The translations under genes and the position numbers were made by a program. The notes under the pieces were generated by a model. The model made no database searches. It had not been told where the DNA came from and saw only the letters and a list, made by a program, of their open reading frames with translations. A DNA stretch of 63,794 nt, counting the filler, from an uncultured bacterium (GTDB taxonomy: Bacteria; Latescibacterota; UBA2968): NCBI GenBank assembly GCA_964471275.1. It is 4 parts of 4 records of this genome, joined end to end, with 100 filler letters (N's around TTAATTAATTAA, not from the genome) between each part and the next. Parts side by side here need not be neighbours in the genome. Positions count along the whole stretch, not along the records: positions 16,046 to 31,988 come from CAYYGZ010000098.1; 3 more parts are not named here. The stretch is one strand, 5' to 3'. Of the stretch, positions 18,025 to 27,958 are shown one piece after another. The number at the start of each line of letters is the position of its first letter. The first letter of the stretch is position 1.

Positions 18025-19359
18025 GTGACCAACGCTGATCGAATTCAACCTTACAAGAAGAATCCCTGGTATTGGCAGTATAGAGGCGAACCCGTTCTGC
18101 TTCTTGGCGGTACCGTCGAGGATAACGTTTACCAGATCCCCAATATCGAGGAGCATCTCGATCTGCTGGCCGCACGAGGAGGAAACTACGTTCGCTGCAC
18201 GATGTCGTGTCGCGACGAGGGAGATCTCTGGTGGCACGAGAAGGCAGGGAACGGCAAATACGACCTGACAAAGCCTGGAACCGAACACTGGGAACGATTC
18301 GCCCGGTTCCTGAAACTGGCGGCGGAACGGGATATCGTCGCACAGTTCGAAATGTGGGACCGATTCGATTTTGCACGGGATTGCTGGGAGGTCAACCCGT
18401 ATAACCCGAAGAACAACATCAATTACACTACCGAGGAGTCGAAGCTGCTGGAGGTGATCGATCAGCATCCCGGGCGCAGACAGAACGGTTTCTTTCGGAC
18501 ACCGCCGACGATGGAGGACAACCCGCTGGTTCTCGAGTACCAGCACGCTCACGTCGATCAGATGCTCTCGATCTCCCTCGGATACGGGAACGTACTGTAC
18601 TGCATGGACAACGAGACGAACGAGGCGCCCGAGTGGGGGAAATACTGGTCCGACTACATCAAGCGCAGAGCGGATGAAGCGGGCGCGCTGGTAATGACGA
18701 CGGAGATGTGGGATGCGCACAATCTGCTGGATGACACGCATCTCGCGACGCTCGACCACCCCGAGACCTATGACTTCGTGGATATCTCGCAGAACAACCA
18801 CAGTCCATCGGACCGGCATTGGTCCAATCCGCAGAAAGTGCGGGAACATATCGAGGCGAGCGGCAAGATTCGTCCGATGAACAGCGTCAAGATCTACGGA
18901 TCCAACACGGGACGGTATGGCACCACACGTGACGCACAGGAGCGTTTTTGGCGCAACGTGGTCGGCGGACTTGCCACGACGCGGTTCCATCGACCGCCGT
19001 CCGGTCTGGGGCTGAGTGATATCGCGCAAATGCATATCCAGGCCGCTCGTATGCTGACAAACGAAGTCGATATCTTCACGTGTGGCCCGCATAACGATCT
19101 CGTTTCCGATCGCTCATGGAACGAGGCCTATTGCTCAGCCAATCCCGGCACCGACTATGTCATCTTCTTCCCGGACGGCGGGAATGTCGTGCTCGATGTC
19201 TCCGGGGCACGAGGCAAGTCTCTGGCGATACGTTGGATGGATATAAGGAATCGGTCGTGGCTCTTCGATTACAGGCCCGCCAAGTCAGATGGCGATCAGG
19301 TACGAGTCGAAACGCCAACAGAGGAGGGCTACTGGGCGGCCGTGATCAAGGCTGCCTGA
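18025..19359 (+). CDS. Uncharacterised glycoside-hydrolase-like protein (putative TIM barrel plus C-terminal beta domain)
   Basis: NPWYWQYRGEPVLLLGG start, aromatic-rich sequence, MDNETNE (clan-A-like NE), C-terminal ...GYWAAVI. Confidence 0.6.
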   Translation: MTNADRIQPYKKNPWYWQYRGEPVLLLGGTVEDNVYQIPNIEEHLDLLAARGGNYVRCTMSCRDEGDLWWHEKAGNGKYDLTKPGTEHWERFARFLKLAAERDIVAQFEMWDRFDFARDCWEVNPYNPKNNINYTTEESKLLEVIDQHPGRRQNGFFRTPPTMEDNPLVLEYQHAHVDQMLSISLGYGNVLYCMDNETNEAPEWGKYWSDYIKRRADEAGALVMTTEMWDAHNLLDDTHLATLDHPETYDFVDISQNNHSPSDRHWSNPQKVREHIEASGKIRPMNSVKIYGSNTGRYGTTRDAQERFWRNVVGGLATTRFHRPPSGLGLSDIAQMHIQAARMLTNEVDIFTCGPHNDLVSDRSWNEAYCSANPGTDYVIFFPDGGNVVLDVSGARGKSLAIRWMDIRNRSWLFDYRPAKSDGDQVRVETPTEEGYWAAVIKAA

Positions 19360-19518
19360 ACTCCTGGCAGAACGAGCAGGATGGGGTTGGGATCGAAGAC
19401 TGCACGGTTGACTGCTCGTGGAAGCTCGATGTTCGATTTACGAGATACGCGTCCCCCAAAACGATCTGGAGATCGGTCAGAAACGTTCGGGCGGAATTGA
19501 GGGAGGTAGAGGAAATCG

Positions 19519-21045
19519 ATGTCTCAGATAACCCGTAGACAGTTTGTGACGAATGTAGCCGCAGGATCGGCAGCAATGTCGCTCGGCACGTTCGCCTTTG
19601 GGCAGAAGCGTCCGAATATCCTGCTGATCACGGCGGATGATATGGGTACACAGGTCGGATGCTACGGTGATACGACCATCGCCACACCGCGTATCGATCA
19701 GTTGGCTTCCGAGGGCATCCTGTTCCAGAATGCCTATGTCACGCAGGCATCGTGCAGCCCCTCGCGAAGCAGCATGTTCACGGGGCTCTATCCGCACCAG
19801 AATGGACAGCTGGGTCTGGAGCATCGCGGCTACACGATGCATCGAGGTGTCCCAACGCTGCCCGGGCTGCTCGCTGAGGCCGGGTATCGTTCGTGCGCTG
19901 TCGGGAAGATTCACGTAAGGCCGTATGAAGCGCTGCCGTTTGAGTTCGAGGCGTTCCGAACGGAGGGACTCAACACGCGTGATGTGAGGGCGTTCGAGCG
20001 GAACATCGAGGGCTTTGCTGCCCTGGACGATCCACGTCCCTGGTTCGCGCTGGCCAGCTTCTCGGATCCTCACAAGCCCTATCGGGGCCGTGTCGAGGGA
20101 CTGCCGGAGCAGATGCTTGGTCCCGACGACGTAAAGCCATTTTCGCAGCACGGCGAGTTCGACACGAAGGCGATCCGTGAGGAGGTTGCGGGCTACTACA
20201 ATGCGGCAAAGCGTGTCGACATCGGTGTGGGATTGCTAATGGACATGTTGGAGCGGACAGGTCAGGCCCAGAATACGCTGGTGATATTCATTGGTGACCA
20301 CGGCCCTCCCGTATCTCGCGGCAAGACGACTACGTACGAGTTTGGGACGCGAATCCCGTTTCTGATCAGATGGCCAGAGCGGATCAAGCCTCGTCAGCAA
20401 TCCGACGCTTTCGTCTCTACGGTCGACATCATGCCGACATGTCTGGCAGCGGCCGAGGTGTCGCCCCCCTCACCTTTGGCCGGCGTGTCGCTCGATTCGT
20501 TCTACCGGGGTGAACCGGAGGATTGGCGTAACTATCTGTTCACAGAGTTTACGACACACGGACCTGGATTCTCGCCGCAAAGAGCTGTGCGGAACAACAG
20601 ATACAAGTTGATCCACAATCTGGTGCCGGGTCGGCGGAAGAACGGGATTGGCGTTGACGGCTGCCCGATCAGGAAGATCCTGGATGATCCGGAGTGGAAG
20701 GAGACAGAGGTCAGGCGAGTATTCAGGTTGATCGAGAACCCACCGGAGTACGAGTTGTACGATCTGGAAGAGGATCCGTTGGAGTATCACAATCTGGCGG
20801 GACGTCCTGCGACAGGGGAGTCGGAGATGGAACTGCGGCACGCCCTGGCGCCCTGGCGAAGAGAAACACACGATCCCTTCCTCGATGACTCATATCTGCA
20901 GAAGATGCTAAGACATACCGATGACCACCTGGCACGCCATCAGGCCTCCAAAGCGGCTGCCCAGGCTGCCGGGATCAAGGCACCCTACAATCGCATCAAT
21001 ATGACAAGATTCCAGGAAGACTGGCCGACACCGTGGATGAACTGA
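19519..21045 (+). CDS. Formylglycine sulfatase (S1, N-sulfoglucosamine sulfohydrolase-like) with Tat signal peptide
   Basis: MSQITRRQFV Tat motif; PNILLITADD, CSPSR, GKIH, GDHG, YKLIHN. Confidence 0.93.
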   Translation: MSQITRRQFVTNVAAGSAAMSLGTFAFGQKRPNILLITADDMGTQVGCYGDTTIATPRIDQLASEGILFQNAYVTQASCSPSRSSMFTGLYPHQNGQLGLEHRGYTMHRGVPTLPGLLAEAGYRSCAVGKIHVRPYEALPFEFEAFRTEGLNTRDVRAFERNIEGFAALDDPRPWFALASFSDPHKPYRGRVEGLPEQMLGPDDVKPFSQHGEFDTKAIREEVAGYYNAAKRVDIGVGLLMDMLERTGQAQNTLVIFIGDHGPPVSRGKTTTYEFGTRIPFLIRWPERIKPRQQSDAFVSTVDIMPTCLAAAEVSPPSPLAGVSLDSFYRGEPEDWRNYLFTEFTTHGPGFSPQRAVRNNRYKLIHNLVPGRRKNGIGVDGCPIRKILDDPEWKETEVRRVFRLIENPPEYELYDLEEDPLEYHNLAGRPATGESEMELRHALAPWRRETHDPFLDDSYLQKMLRHTDDHLARHQASKAAAQAAGIKAPYNRINMTRFQEDWPTPWMN

Positions 21046-21046
21046 T

Positions 21047-22489
21047 ATGAACGAGAGACCGAATATCCTGCTGATCACGTTGGATGATATGGGACCTTCC
21101 GCCGGCTGCTGGTGTGACACGACTGTGCCCACACCCAACATCGATCGGATGGCGGCTGAAGGGATCTGCTTTACGCGTGGGTATACAACCCATTCTTCCT
21201 GCAGCCCCGCGAGAAGCAGCCTCTACACCGGACTCTATACGCATCAGAATGGCCACCACGGCCTAAGCCATCGCGGCTACATGCTTCACCGCGGTGTGCC
21301 GACGTTGCCGGGTCTGCTGAAGGACGCCGGGTATCGGAACTGCGCGGTCGGGAAGGTTCACGTCGATCCGGCAGAGGATCTCCCGTTCGAAATGCAGTGG
21401 GAACCTGAAGGGATGAGCCGGCGGGACGTGCACGCCTATCCGAGAAACATCGAGCGTTTCATCGACGACGCAGGAGATACGCCGTGGTTTGCGCTCTGTT
21501 CGCTGGGCGATCCACATCGTCAGTACAAAGGGCAAGAGCACGGCTTGCCCGAGAAGATGCTCGAGGCAGACGATGTCAGACCGTTCCCCGTTCACGGTGA
21601 ACTGGACTCTCCGGATATGCGGAAGGAAGTGGCAGGATACTACAATGCGGTTCAGCGAATCGACATCGCGGTCGGGCTGATGCTGGATCTTCTGGATCGG
21701 AAGGGACTGAGCGAGAAGACGCTGGTGATCTTCACGAGCGATCACGGTCCACCGTTTGCGAGAGGGAAGTCGACGACCTATGAGTTCGGGACGCGTGTGC
21801 CCTACATCGTGAGGTGGCCGGGGCAGGTCAAGCAAGGTCAGGTGAGGGATGATTTCGTGATTCACGTGGACCTGATGCCCACGGTGCTCGAAGCGGCAGG
21901 TATCACGGCTCCGAGCATCCAGGCAGGACGCTCGCTTGTGCCCCTGTTTGGTGGTGACGACGTGGCGTGGCGAGATGCACTGTTTACAGAGTTCACCGCA
22001 CACGGTCCCGGGTTTGCGCCACATCGAGCTGTCCGCACCGATCGATACAAGCTGATCCACAATCTCCTGCCGGGACAGCACAAGCCAGGAATCACCGTAG
22101 ACGGCAAGGAGGTCAGGGAAGCGCTCGAGGATCCAAAATGGGCCGGCAGTGAGATGCAGCTGATTTTCGGTCTGATTGACGAGACGGTCGAATGTGAGCT
22201 CTACGACCTCGAGAGCGACCCCCTGGAGTTCGATAACCTGGCGGATGATCCGGATTACGCAGACATTCGCGCCGACTTGATGGCTCGATTGCTGGCCTGG
22301 CGGAAGGAGACGTTCGATCCGCTGCTCAGTGAACGGTACTTCGAGAAGCTGCGGTCACACACCGCCGATCACTTTACGGCTCATCACGCAGCTTGTGACG
22401 CTGCACGTGCAAAGGGAGAAGACACTCCCTACAACCGGATTGACATGACGGCCTTTCGAGAAGATTGGCCACCACCCTGGATGACCTGA
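21047..22489 (+). CDS. Formylglycine sulfatase, paralog of the upstream gene, no signal peptide
   Basis: PNILLITLDD, CSPAR, GKVH, SDHG; extensive identity to 19519-21045. Confidence 0.93.
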   Translation: MNERPNILLITLDDMGPSAGCWCDTTVPTPNIDRMAAEGICFTRGYTTHSSCSPARSSLYTGLYTHQNGHHGLSHRGYMLHRGVPTLPGLLKDAGYRNCAVGKVHVDPAEDLPFEMQWEPEGMSRRDVHAYPRNIERFIDDAGDTPWFALCSLGDPHRQYKGQEHGLPEKMLEADDVRPFPVHGELDSPDMRKEVAGYYNAVQRIDIAVGLMLDLLDRKGLSEKTLVIFTSDHGPPFARGKSTTYEFGTRVPYIVRWPGQVKQGQVRDDFVIHVDLMPTVLEAAGITAPSIQAGRSLVPLFGGDDVAWRDALFTEFTAHGPGFAPHRAVRTDRYKLIHNLLPGQHKPGITVDGKEVREALEDPKWAGSEMQLIFGLIDETVECELYDLESDPLEFDNLADDPDYADIRADLMARLLAWRKETFDPLLSERYFEKLRSHTADHFTAHHAACDAARAKGEDTPYNRIDMTAFREDWPPPWMT

Positions 22490-22492
22490 ACG

Positions 22493-23929
22493 ATGCCCGA
22501 CCGACCCAACATTCTACTGATCACGACCGATACACAGCGATGCGATACGCTGAACTGCATGGGCTACGACTTCGCGAAGTCGCCGCATCTCGATCGCGTG
22601 GCGCGTGAAGGCGTGATGTTCACGCAGGCACACACGACGTCACCCGTATGCGGCCCGACACGCTGCAGCCTTATTACTGGTGTTCACCCACCCATCCACG
22701 GTGCGATCGAGAACGGGATGCGCCGTCGCGAAGATCTTGAGGTTTTTCCGGATGCGCTCACAGAAGCCGGCTACACGTGTATCATGTCGGGGAAGACGCA
22801 TTTTGGCGATGTTCCGGAGTCCTTCACGATCGACTATTCCACATCTGGAAGTCACAACTCAAAGAACAAGGATGCCTATACCGACAAGCTCAAGGAACAC
22901 GGCTTTGACGACCGCCCGCGGTCCTACCCGCACAGCGTTCCGGACGATCTGTTCTACGACGGCTACACCACAACGATGACGCTCAAGGGGATCGATGAGG
23001 CACTGGAGAAGAATCCAGACGCGCCCTTCTTCGCCTTCTGCTCGATGTTGAGCCCCCACGGTCCGTTGATTCCGCCAGGTGAGTGGGGAGAAGTCTATAC
23101 GGATGCCGATTTACCACCATTCCCGAAGAACCCGGGTACCGATTCTGAACCCGAACACGCTCAGAAGCTGCTCGCGCTCAAGGATCAGCGATCCAGATCC
23201 GAAGCCGAGATCAATGAGATCCGACGGCTCTACTATGGTCTCTCGGCCTACTGCGACCATCAGGTGGGCAGGATGCTCGATCATCTCGATGCAAGAGGTC
23301 TGACCGACAATACGCTTGTCATCTTTACGTCAGACCACGGAATCGATCTGTATGATCACGGATTCGACAACAAGCACGTCTATTACGACAACACCTGGCG
23401 AGTTCCACTGTTGATGCGTCTGCCCGGTGCGATCGATGCCGGATCCACGCGCGAATTCGCAATCTGGAACGACGTCCCGGCCACGATTCTCGGGGCAGCG
23501 GGTCTTTCATCAGACCTGATACAGGGATTCGACCTGTTCGGCCCGATTGTCAAAGGGGAGGTCTCGCCCAGACGTTGCGCTGTCGGGTCACTCTACAAGT
23601 CGTGCGCGCTGGCCACGAAGCGGTGGAAGCTCGAGTACTATTTCGAGGAGGCAACGTGCCGCCTGTTCGATCGAGAGAAAGATCCAGGCGAGTATCAGGA
23701 TCTGAGTCAAAGCGAGACGCACGCGGGTGTCAGGGCGGCGCTGGTCGAGGCACTGCTTGCGTGGCGCGGGGATATCGTGAATACAGAATTTCTGAAGGCG
23801 AGGACGAATGGAAATGCGCCCGTCGCGAATCGAGTGACTGGATTTGTGAAGGAGATAACGGGTAGAGAGCCGGAGGAACGGCTGAACGTGCAGGCAGAGG
23901 AGATCGATCTGCGGTTTGCGTCTCTGTAG
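22493..23929 (+). CDS. Formylglycine sulfatase (distinct subfamily)
   Basis: PNILLITTDTQR, CGPTR, GKTH, FTSDHG. Confidence 0.92.
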   Translation: MPDRPNILLITTDTQRCDTLNCMGYDFAKSPHLDRVAREGVMFTQAHTTSPVCGPTRCSLITGVHPPIHGAIENGMRRREDLEVFPDALTEAGYTCIMSGKTHFGDVPESFTIDYSTSGSHNSKNKDAYTDKLKEHGFDDRPRSYPHSVPDDLFYDGYTTTMTLKGIDEALEKNPDAPFFAFCSMLSPHGPLIPPGEWGEVYTDADLPPFPKNPGTDSEPEHAQKLLALKDQRSRSEAEINEIRRLYYGLSAYCDHQVGRMLDHLDARGLTDNTLVIFTSDHGIDLYDHGFDNKHVYYDNTWRVPLLMRLPGAIDAGSTREFAIWNDVPATILGAAGLSSDLIQGFDLFGPIVKGEVSPRRCAVGSLYKSCALATKRWKLEYYFEEATCRLFDREKDPGEYQDLSQSETHAGVRAALVEALLAWRGDIVNTEFLKARTNGNAPVANRVTGFVKEITGREPEERLNVQAEEIDLRFASL

Positions 23930-23954
23930 CCTGAAGGCGAGAGAAAGAAAGACG

Positions 23955-23988
23955 GCCCTCACCCGCTCCCGTTTCACGGGTAGAGGGC
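23955..23988. repeat. CCCTC(T/A)CCC...GGG(A/T)GAGGG-type palindromic intergenic element; possible bidirectional terminator
   Basis: GCCCTCACCCG...CGGGTAGAGGGC between convergent genes; related element at 61984-62007. Confidence 0.5.
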
Positions 23989-24023
23989 ACAGCCGGTTTT
24001 CTGCTGCTATTGATATGCCCCGG

Positions 24024-24803
24024 TTATTTCCTGAATGTCGAAGGTGACACCCCTACCTTTTCCTTGAACTGTCGGCTGAAGAAGTACACATCCGAGTAAC
24101 CCAGTATCTCCGCGATCCGTCCGATGCTGTGATTCGATGATCTCAGCAGATCCTGGGCTGACTCGATCCTCGCCTGTAGAATGAATTCCCTCGGTGTCAC
24201 GCCACGCAGTCTGCGGAACATTCTCGAAAAATGATCCGGTGACAACCCCACGGCCCGGGCCAGCTTGTCCACGCGATAGGCTGCACTGGGATCCTCGTAG
24301 ATCCGCCTGCAGATGTTGTTGATCCTGACCACACGGCTCTCATCCACGCCGGCCGCTGGTGTGAGATTCACCTGATTCTGGATCTCGCACAATGCTGCCT
24401 CCAGCCATACCACGGCTGCCTCAGGCTGTCCCTCCCGATGTGTGTAGACTGCCCGAGTCAAAACCTCTCGCATAAAACCCAGCTGAGTGAGCCGACAATG
24501 GAAGCCCGGTGTGGCCTCCTTTTCTGGATCGAAGTGGATGTGGATGACGAGCAAAGGACGATCTGGATCGTGCGTCCCCTCATACGTACCACCTGGCTCA
24601 AGCAGGAAGCAATCGCCTGGAAGAAGGGGCCAGATCTGCCTACCTGATCTCAATTCGCCTCGTCCCCTGAATACGGTCCAGAGATCGTGGTCCACAAGTG
24701 GCCGACGGGACGTATCCCAGGACCAGTCCTGCTCGCACTGGGTGATGCCGGCCGAGTTGATCTGACGAACCTGCGGAAGATGTGTCATATCGGGAAAATA
24801 CAA
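24024..24803 (-). CDS. AraC-family transcriptional regulator with cupin N-domain
   Basis: LSPDHFSRMF, IAEILGYSDVYFFSRQFKEKVGVSPSTFR. Confidence 0.95.
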   Translation of the reverse strand: MYFPDMTHLPQVRQINSAGITQCEQDWSWDTSRRPLVDHDLWTVFRGRGELRSGRQIWPLLPGDCFLLEPGGTYEGTHDPDRPLLVIHIHFDPEKEATPGFHCRLTQLGFMREVLTRAVYTHREGQPEAAVVWLEAALCEIQNQVNLTPAAGVDESRVVRINNICRRIYEDPSAAYRVDKLARAVGLSPDHFSRMFRRLRGVTPREFILQARIESAQDLLRSSNHSIGRIAEILGYSDVYFFSRQFKEKVGVSPSTFRK

Positions 24804-24907
24804 AATTACGTCGTGTCTGTCTATTGCTCTGGTAGCTTGAAGTCCTCAATTTATTGGCATTCAAGCTATATACAGTGCTACTGTGCTCGGTCGAGCACAT
24901 CGGATAG

Positions 24908-25759
24908 GTGAAGGTTATGTCAGATACAGAGCTGATTGAGCAGTTCAGTCGAGACGGATATGTCGCGATCGAGAATGCGTTCAACCCGGATGAAGTGACA
25001 CGGATGCAGCAGGAAGCAGACGCCATTCTCGAGTTGATCGTGAATTCGTCTCTTGGGTTGGGCAGGCGAAGCCGGCGGCTTGATATCCTGGAGAAAGAGA
25101 ACGGAGATCAGATCGTGCGGAAGATTCAACCAACGAACGATCTGTCCCTGTATCTGGCTGAGATCTCGAACGACGAGAGGTTTCTGGGCCCCATGCGTAC
25201 GATCATGGGGGATGACCCGATTCTGATGGAAGAGAAACTCAATTACAAAGAGCCGCTTCCCGAGCCCATCTCGGGAATGGACATGGGCGATCGCCGGAGT
25301 GATCGCTTCCCGATCCATAGCGACTGGGCTTATTACGCTGCCCAGGATTATCCGCAGTCGATCATTTCATCCGCAATCGCGATGGATGACTGTTCGGCTG
25401 ATTCCGGTCCGCTCCACGTCTGGCCGGGAACCCATAAAGAGAATCTTCCGCACGACAAGGTCGACATTGGTCTGGAAGTTCGACCCGGGCTGATCGATCC
25501 CGATGGCGGCATCGATCTTCTGGTCCCCGCCGGAACCGTGATGATCTTCTCGTCGCTGCTGATCCACAACTCGACACCCAACCTTTCTGGCAGACCGCGA
25601 CGCCTCATGATCTACAGCCACCACCCGAAGGCTGCAGAGATGGGAACTGACGTGCGAAACGGGCCCACAAGGCTCCGTGAGTCGCCATACGAATGGGAAT
25701 ACGTCAGGAAACGCGATAGAGGTGAGATCAAGGACACCTTCAAGGCGCCAACATTTTAG
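24908..25759 (+). CDS. Phytanoyl-CoA dioxygenase (PhyH) family Fe(II)/2OG oxygenase 1
   Basis: FSRDGYV, IHSDW (HxD), WPGTH, LIHNS, RR. Confidence 0.9.
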   Translation: MKVMSDTELIEQFSRDGYVAIENAFNPDEVTRMQQEADAILELIVNSSLGLGRRSRRLDILEKENGDQIVRKIQPTNDLSLYLAEISNDERFLGPMRTIMGDDPILMEEKLNYKEPLPEPISGMDMGDRRSDRFPIHSDWAYYAAQDYPQSIISSAIAMDDCSADSGPLHVWPGTHKENLPHDKVDIGLEVRPGLIDPDGGIDLLVPAGTVMIFSSLLIHNSTPNLSGRPRRLMIYSHHPKAAEMGTDVRNGPTRLRESPYEWEYVRKRDRGEIKDTFKAPTF

Positions 25760-25826
25760 GAACAAGAGGCGCCCCAAAAGATCAGAGATGTTCCAGGTTC
25801 CACACGGTATTCAAAAGGCGAAGGCT

Positions 25827-26732
25827 ATGGCAGATGTTGAGATGATTGGTGAGGTGAGCGATTTTCCAGGCGAATTGACGGAAGCGCACGTGGAGCAATA
25901 CCACGAGACCGGGTATCTGGCGTTTGAGAATGTGCTTTCACAACAGGAGGTGGAAGAGGCCCGGGCTGCGCTGACAGGAATTACAATCGCTCTGATGGCG
26001 CGAGCGAAGCGTGGCGAGGCGAAGATCCTGGAACGACCCGGTGCAACGAAGAACTATGCGGGTATCCAGGTTATCAGTCCTGACTCAGGATTCGGGATCC
26101 ACTTCGAGGCAGGAATCGACCCGCTCGAACTGCCCCTGGAGGAGGTGGAGCTGAAGTTCCGTAAGCTGCACGGCTACCATCAGGAACATCCGGTCTTCGC
26201 GAAGATGGCGCTCGAGAACCGGAACATCATCGGTCCGATGGCGTCGGTTGTCGGGGAAGACGTTGTGCTGAAGGCGGAGATGGCGTTGTCAAAGCCTCCC
26301 TTTATCGGGTCTGAGAAACCGTGGCATCAGGACAATGCCTACTTCAACTGGCTTCCGCTCGAGAAGGTTGCTACTGCCTGGATCGCCCTCGATGATGCAA
26401 CGGTCGAGAACGGTTGTATGCACGTCATACCAGGGGGCCACACACTCGGAGCCCTCAAGCACCATCACACGATCGACTGTGAAATTCTGCCGGATCGTTT
26501 CGACAGGCAGCAAGCTGTCCCCATTCCCCTGAGGGCTGGGGGTGCTATGTTCTTCTCTGCCATGCTGCCACACCAAACGCCCCCGAATCGATCGGCGAAC
26601 CGTCGTCGTGCACTCCAGTTCCAGTATCGCGGCGTGACAACCACGCAGGTGTCGAAGGAGGAATTCGGGGAAGTGTTTGCAGAAGGGGACGGGTCACCAG
26701 CCAGCTGCGCGCTAGCGTATGAGAATGGGTAA
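25827..26732 (+). CDS. PhyH family Fe(II)/2OG oxygenase 2
   Basis: KPWHQDNAY, WIALDDATVENGCMHVIPGGH, LPHQTPPNRSANRRRA; probable ATG 25827. Confidence 0.92.
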   Translation: MADVEMIGEVSDFPGELTEAHVEQYHETGYLAFENVLSQQEVEEARAALTGITIALMARAKRGEAKILERPGATKNYAGIQVISPDSGFGIHFEAGIDPLELPLEEVELKFRKLHGYHQEHPVFAKMALENRNIIGPMASVVGEDVVLKAEMALSKPPFIGSEKPWHQDNAYFNWLPLEKVATAWIALDDATVENGCMHVIPGGHTLGALKHHHTIDCEILPDRFDRQQAVPIPLRAGGAMFFSAMLPHQTPPNRSANRRRALQFQYRGVTTTQVSKEEFGEVFAEGDGSPASCALAYENG

Positions 26733-26740
26733 GGGGAGGC

Positions 26741-26768
26741 AGTGCTTAGTGCTTGGTGCTTAGTGGGT
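26741..26768. repeat. Degenerate 7-bp tandem repeat (AGTGCTT)x~4
   Basis: agtgctt agtgctt ggtgctt agtgggt, between PhyH2 and PhyH3. Confidence 0.6.
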
Positions 26769-26820
26769 AGATTGGCTATTTGCTTTTGGCGGACACGACC
26801 ACCACAAACAAGGATTCAAT

Positions 26821-27810
26821 ATGGCACGTTTGACGCAAGAACAGCTCGATTTCTTCGATGAAAATGGATTTGTTGTCGTTCCTGATGTGATTCCACACAC
26901 GATCCTCGATAACGTCATTACAGAGTATGAGGGTGTGCTGGATTCCCTGATCGAGGAGCTCTACGTGAAAGGAGAGATCTCTTCGCGATTCGAGGGACTG
27001 CCCTTTGGTGAGCGGTTCATGAAGCTGGTGATCGAGACGGGTGACGTTCATAAACAGTATTTCGATTTCTCACTCCCTTTTGCGAATGTGCAACCTGACA
27101 CCCCGTTCTGGACCGGACAGGCGGTGCTCGATGCGTTCACGTGCGAGCCCCTGATCGATGTCGTGTCGTCGATCATCGGTCCGGAGGTCTACGCAAACCC
27201 TGTGCAGCACGTCCGGATCAAGCCTCCAGAGTCGATCTTGCCGACGAACGATCTGGGAATGCCCATCATGGGAGCAACCCAGTGGCACCAGGATAACGGC
27301 GTGGTGATCGAGGAAGCAGATGAGACGGAGATGCTGACTGTCTGGTTCTCGCTCGAGGACACCGATGTCGAGCAAGGACCACTCAAGATCGTGCCGGGCA
27401 GCCACCGTTCGGGGTTGCTGACGCACTGTCAGAATTACCAGGGCAAGGGGGGGCGAGAGGTGCCGGAGAAGCTGTTTGAGGCCGAGAAGACAGTCCCGAT
27501 TCCCGTGAAGCGCGGCGACGTGATCCTCCTGCATCGACTGAATGTGCACGGATCATTGTCCAATGTGAGCGACCGCATTCGCTGGAGCTTCGACCTGCGA
27601 TACAACCCGATCGGGCAGACGACCGGTCGAGAGGCGTTTCCGGGATTTGTCGTTCGAAGCACCGAGCATCCCGAGGAGGAGTTGAGAGACGCAAAGGTGT
27701 GGACGGATCTCTGGCTGGAGACACGGGAGCGCATGTCCAAGATCAATCAGGGTGGTCAGACGGACGTGCAGTTCGGACGGTGGGAAGAGGGGCATCTGGA
27801 TTGCGCGTAG
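26821..27810 (+). CDS. PhyH family Fe(II)/2OG oxygenase 3
   Basis: FFDENGFV, TQWHQDNG, VPGSH, VHGSLSN, RWSFDLRY. Confidence 0.92.
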   Translation: MARLTQEQLDFFDENGFVVVPDVIPHTILDNVITEYEGVLDSLIEELYVKGEISSRFEGLPFGERFMKLVIETGDVHKQYFDFSLPFANVQPDTPFWTGQAVLDAFTCEPLIDVVSSIIGPEVYANPVQHVRIKPPESILPTNDLGMPIMGATQWHQDNGVVIEEADETEMLTVWFSLEDTDVEQGPLKIVPGSHRSGLLTHCQNYQGKGGREVPEKLFEAEKTVPIPVKRGDVILLHRLNVHGSLSNVSDRIRWSFDLRYNPIGQTTGREAFPGFVVRSTEHPEEELRDAKVWTDLWLETRERMSKINQGGQTDVQFGRWEEGHLDCA

Positions 27811-27855
27811 TAACCCAGTCGCAGCGAGTTTTATGAGCAGGCGCAGGGGAGCTGA

Positions 27856-27904
27856 ATACAGAAAGAGGCCATCGCGTTTGGTTTGCGATGGCCTCTTTCT
27901 GTAT
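27856..27904. terminator. Bidirectional hairpin terminator between convergent operons
   Basis: 20-bp perfect inverted repeat ATACAGAAAGAGGCCATCGC / GCGATGGCCTCTTTCTGTAT. Confidence 0.8.
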
Positions 27905-27958
27905 GCCTGCCCTTGATTCTTCGCTAGATCTCTCTTCTCTCGCTCTTCTGCTCAGCCT

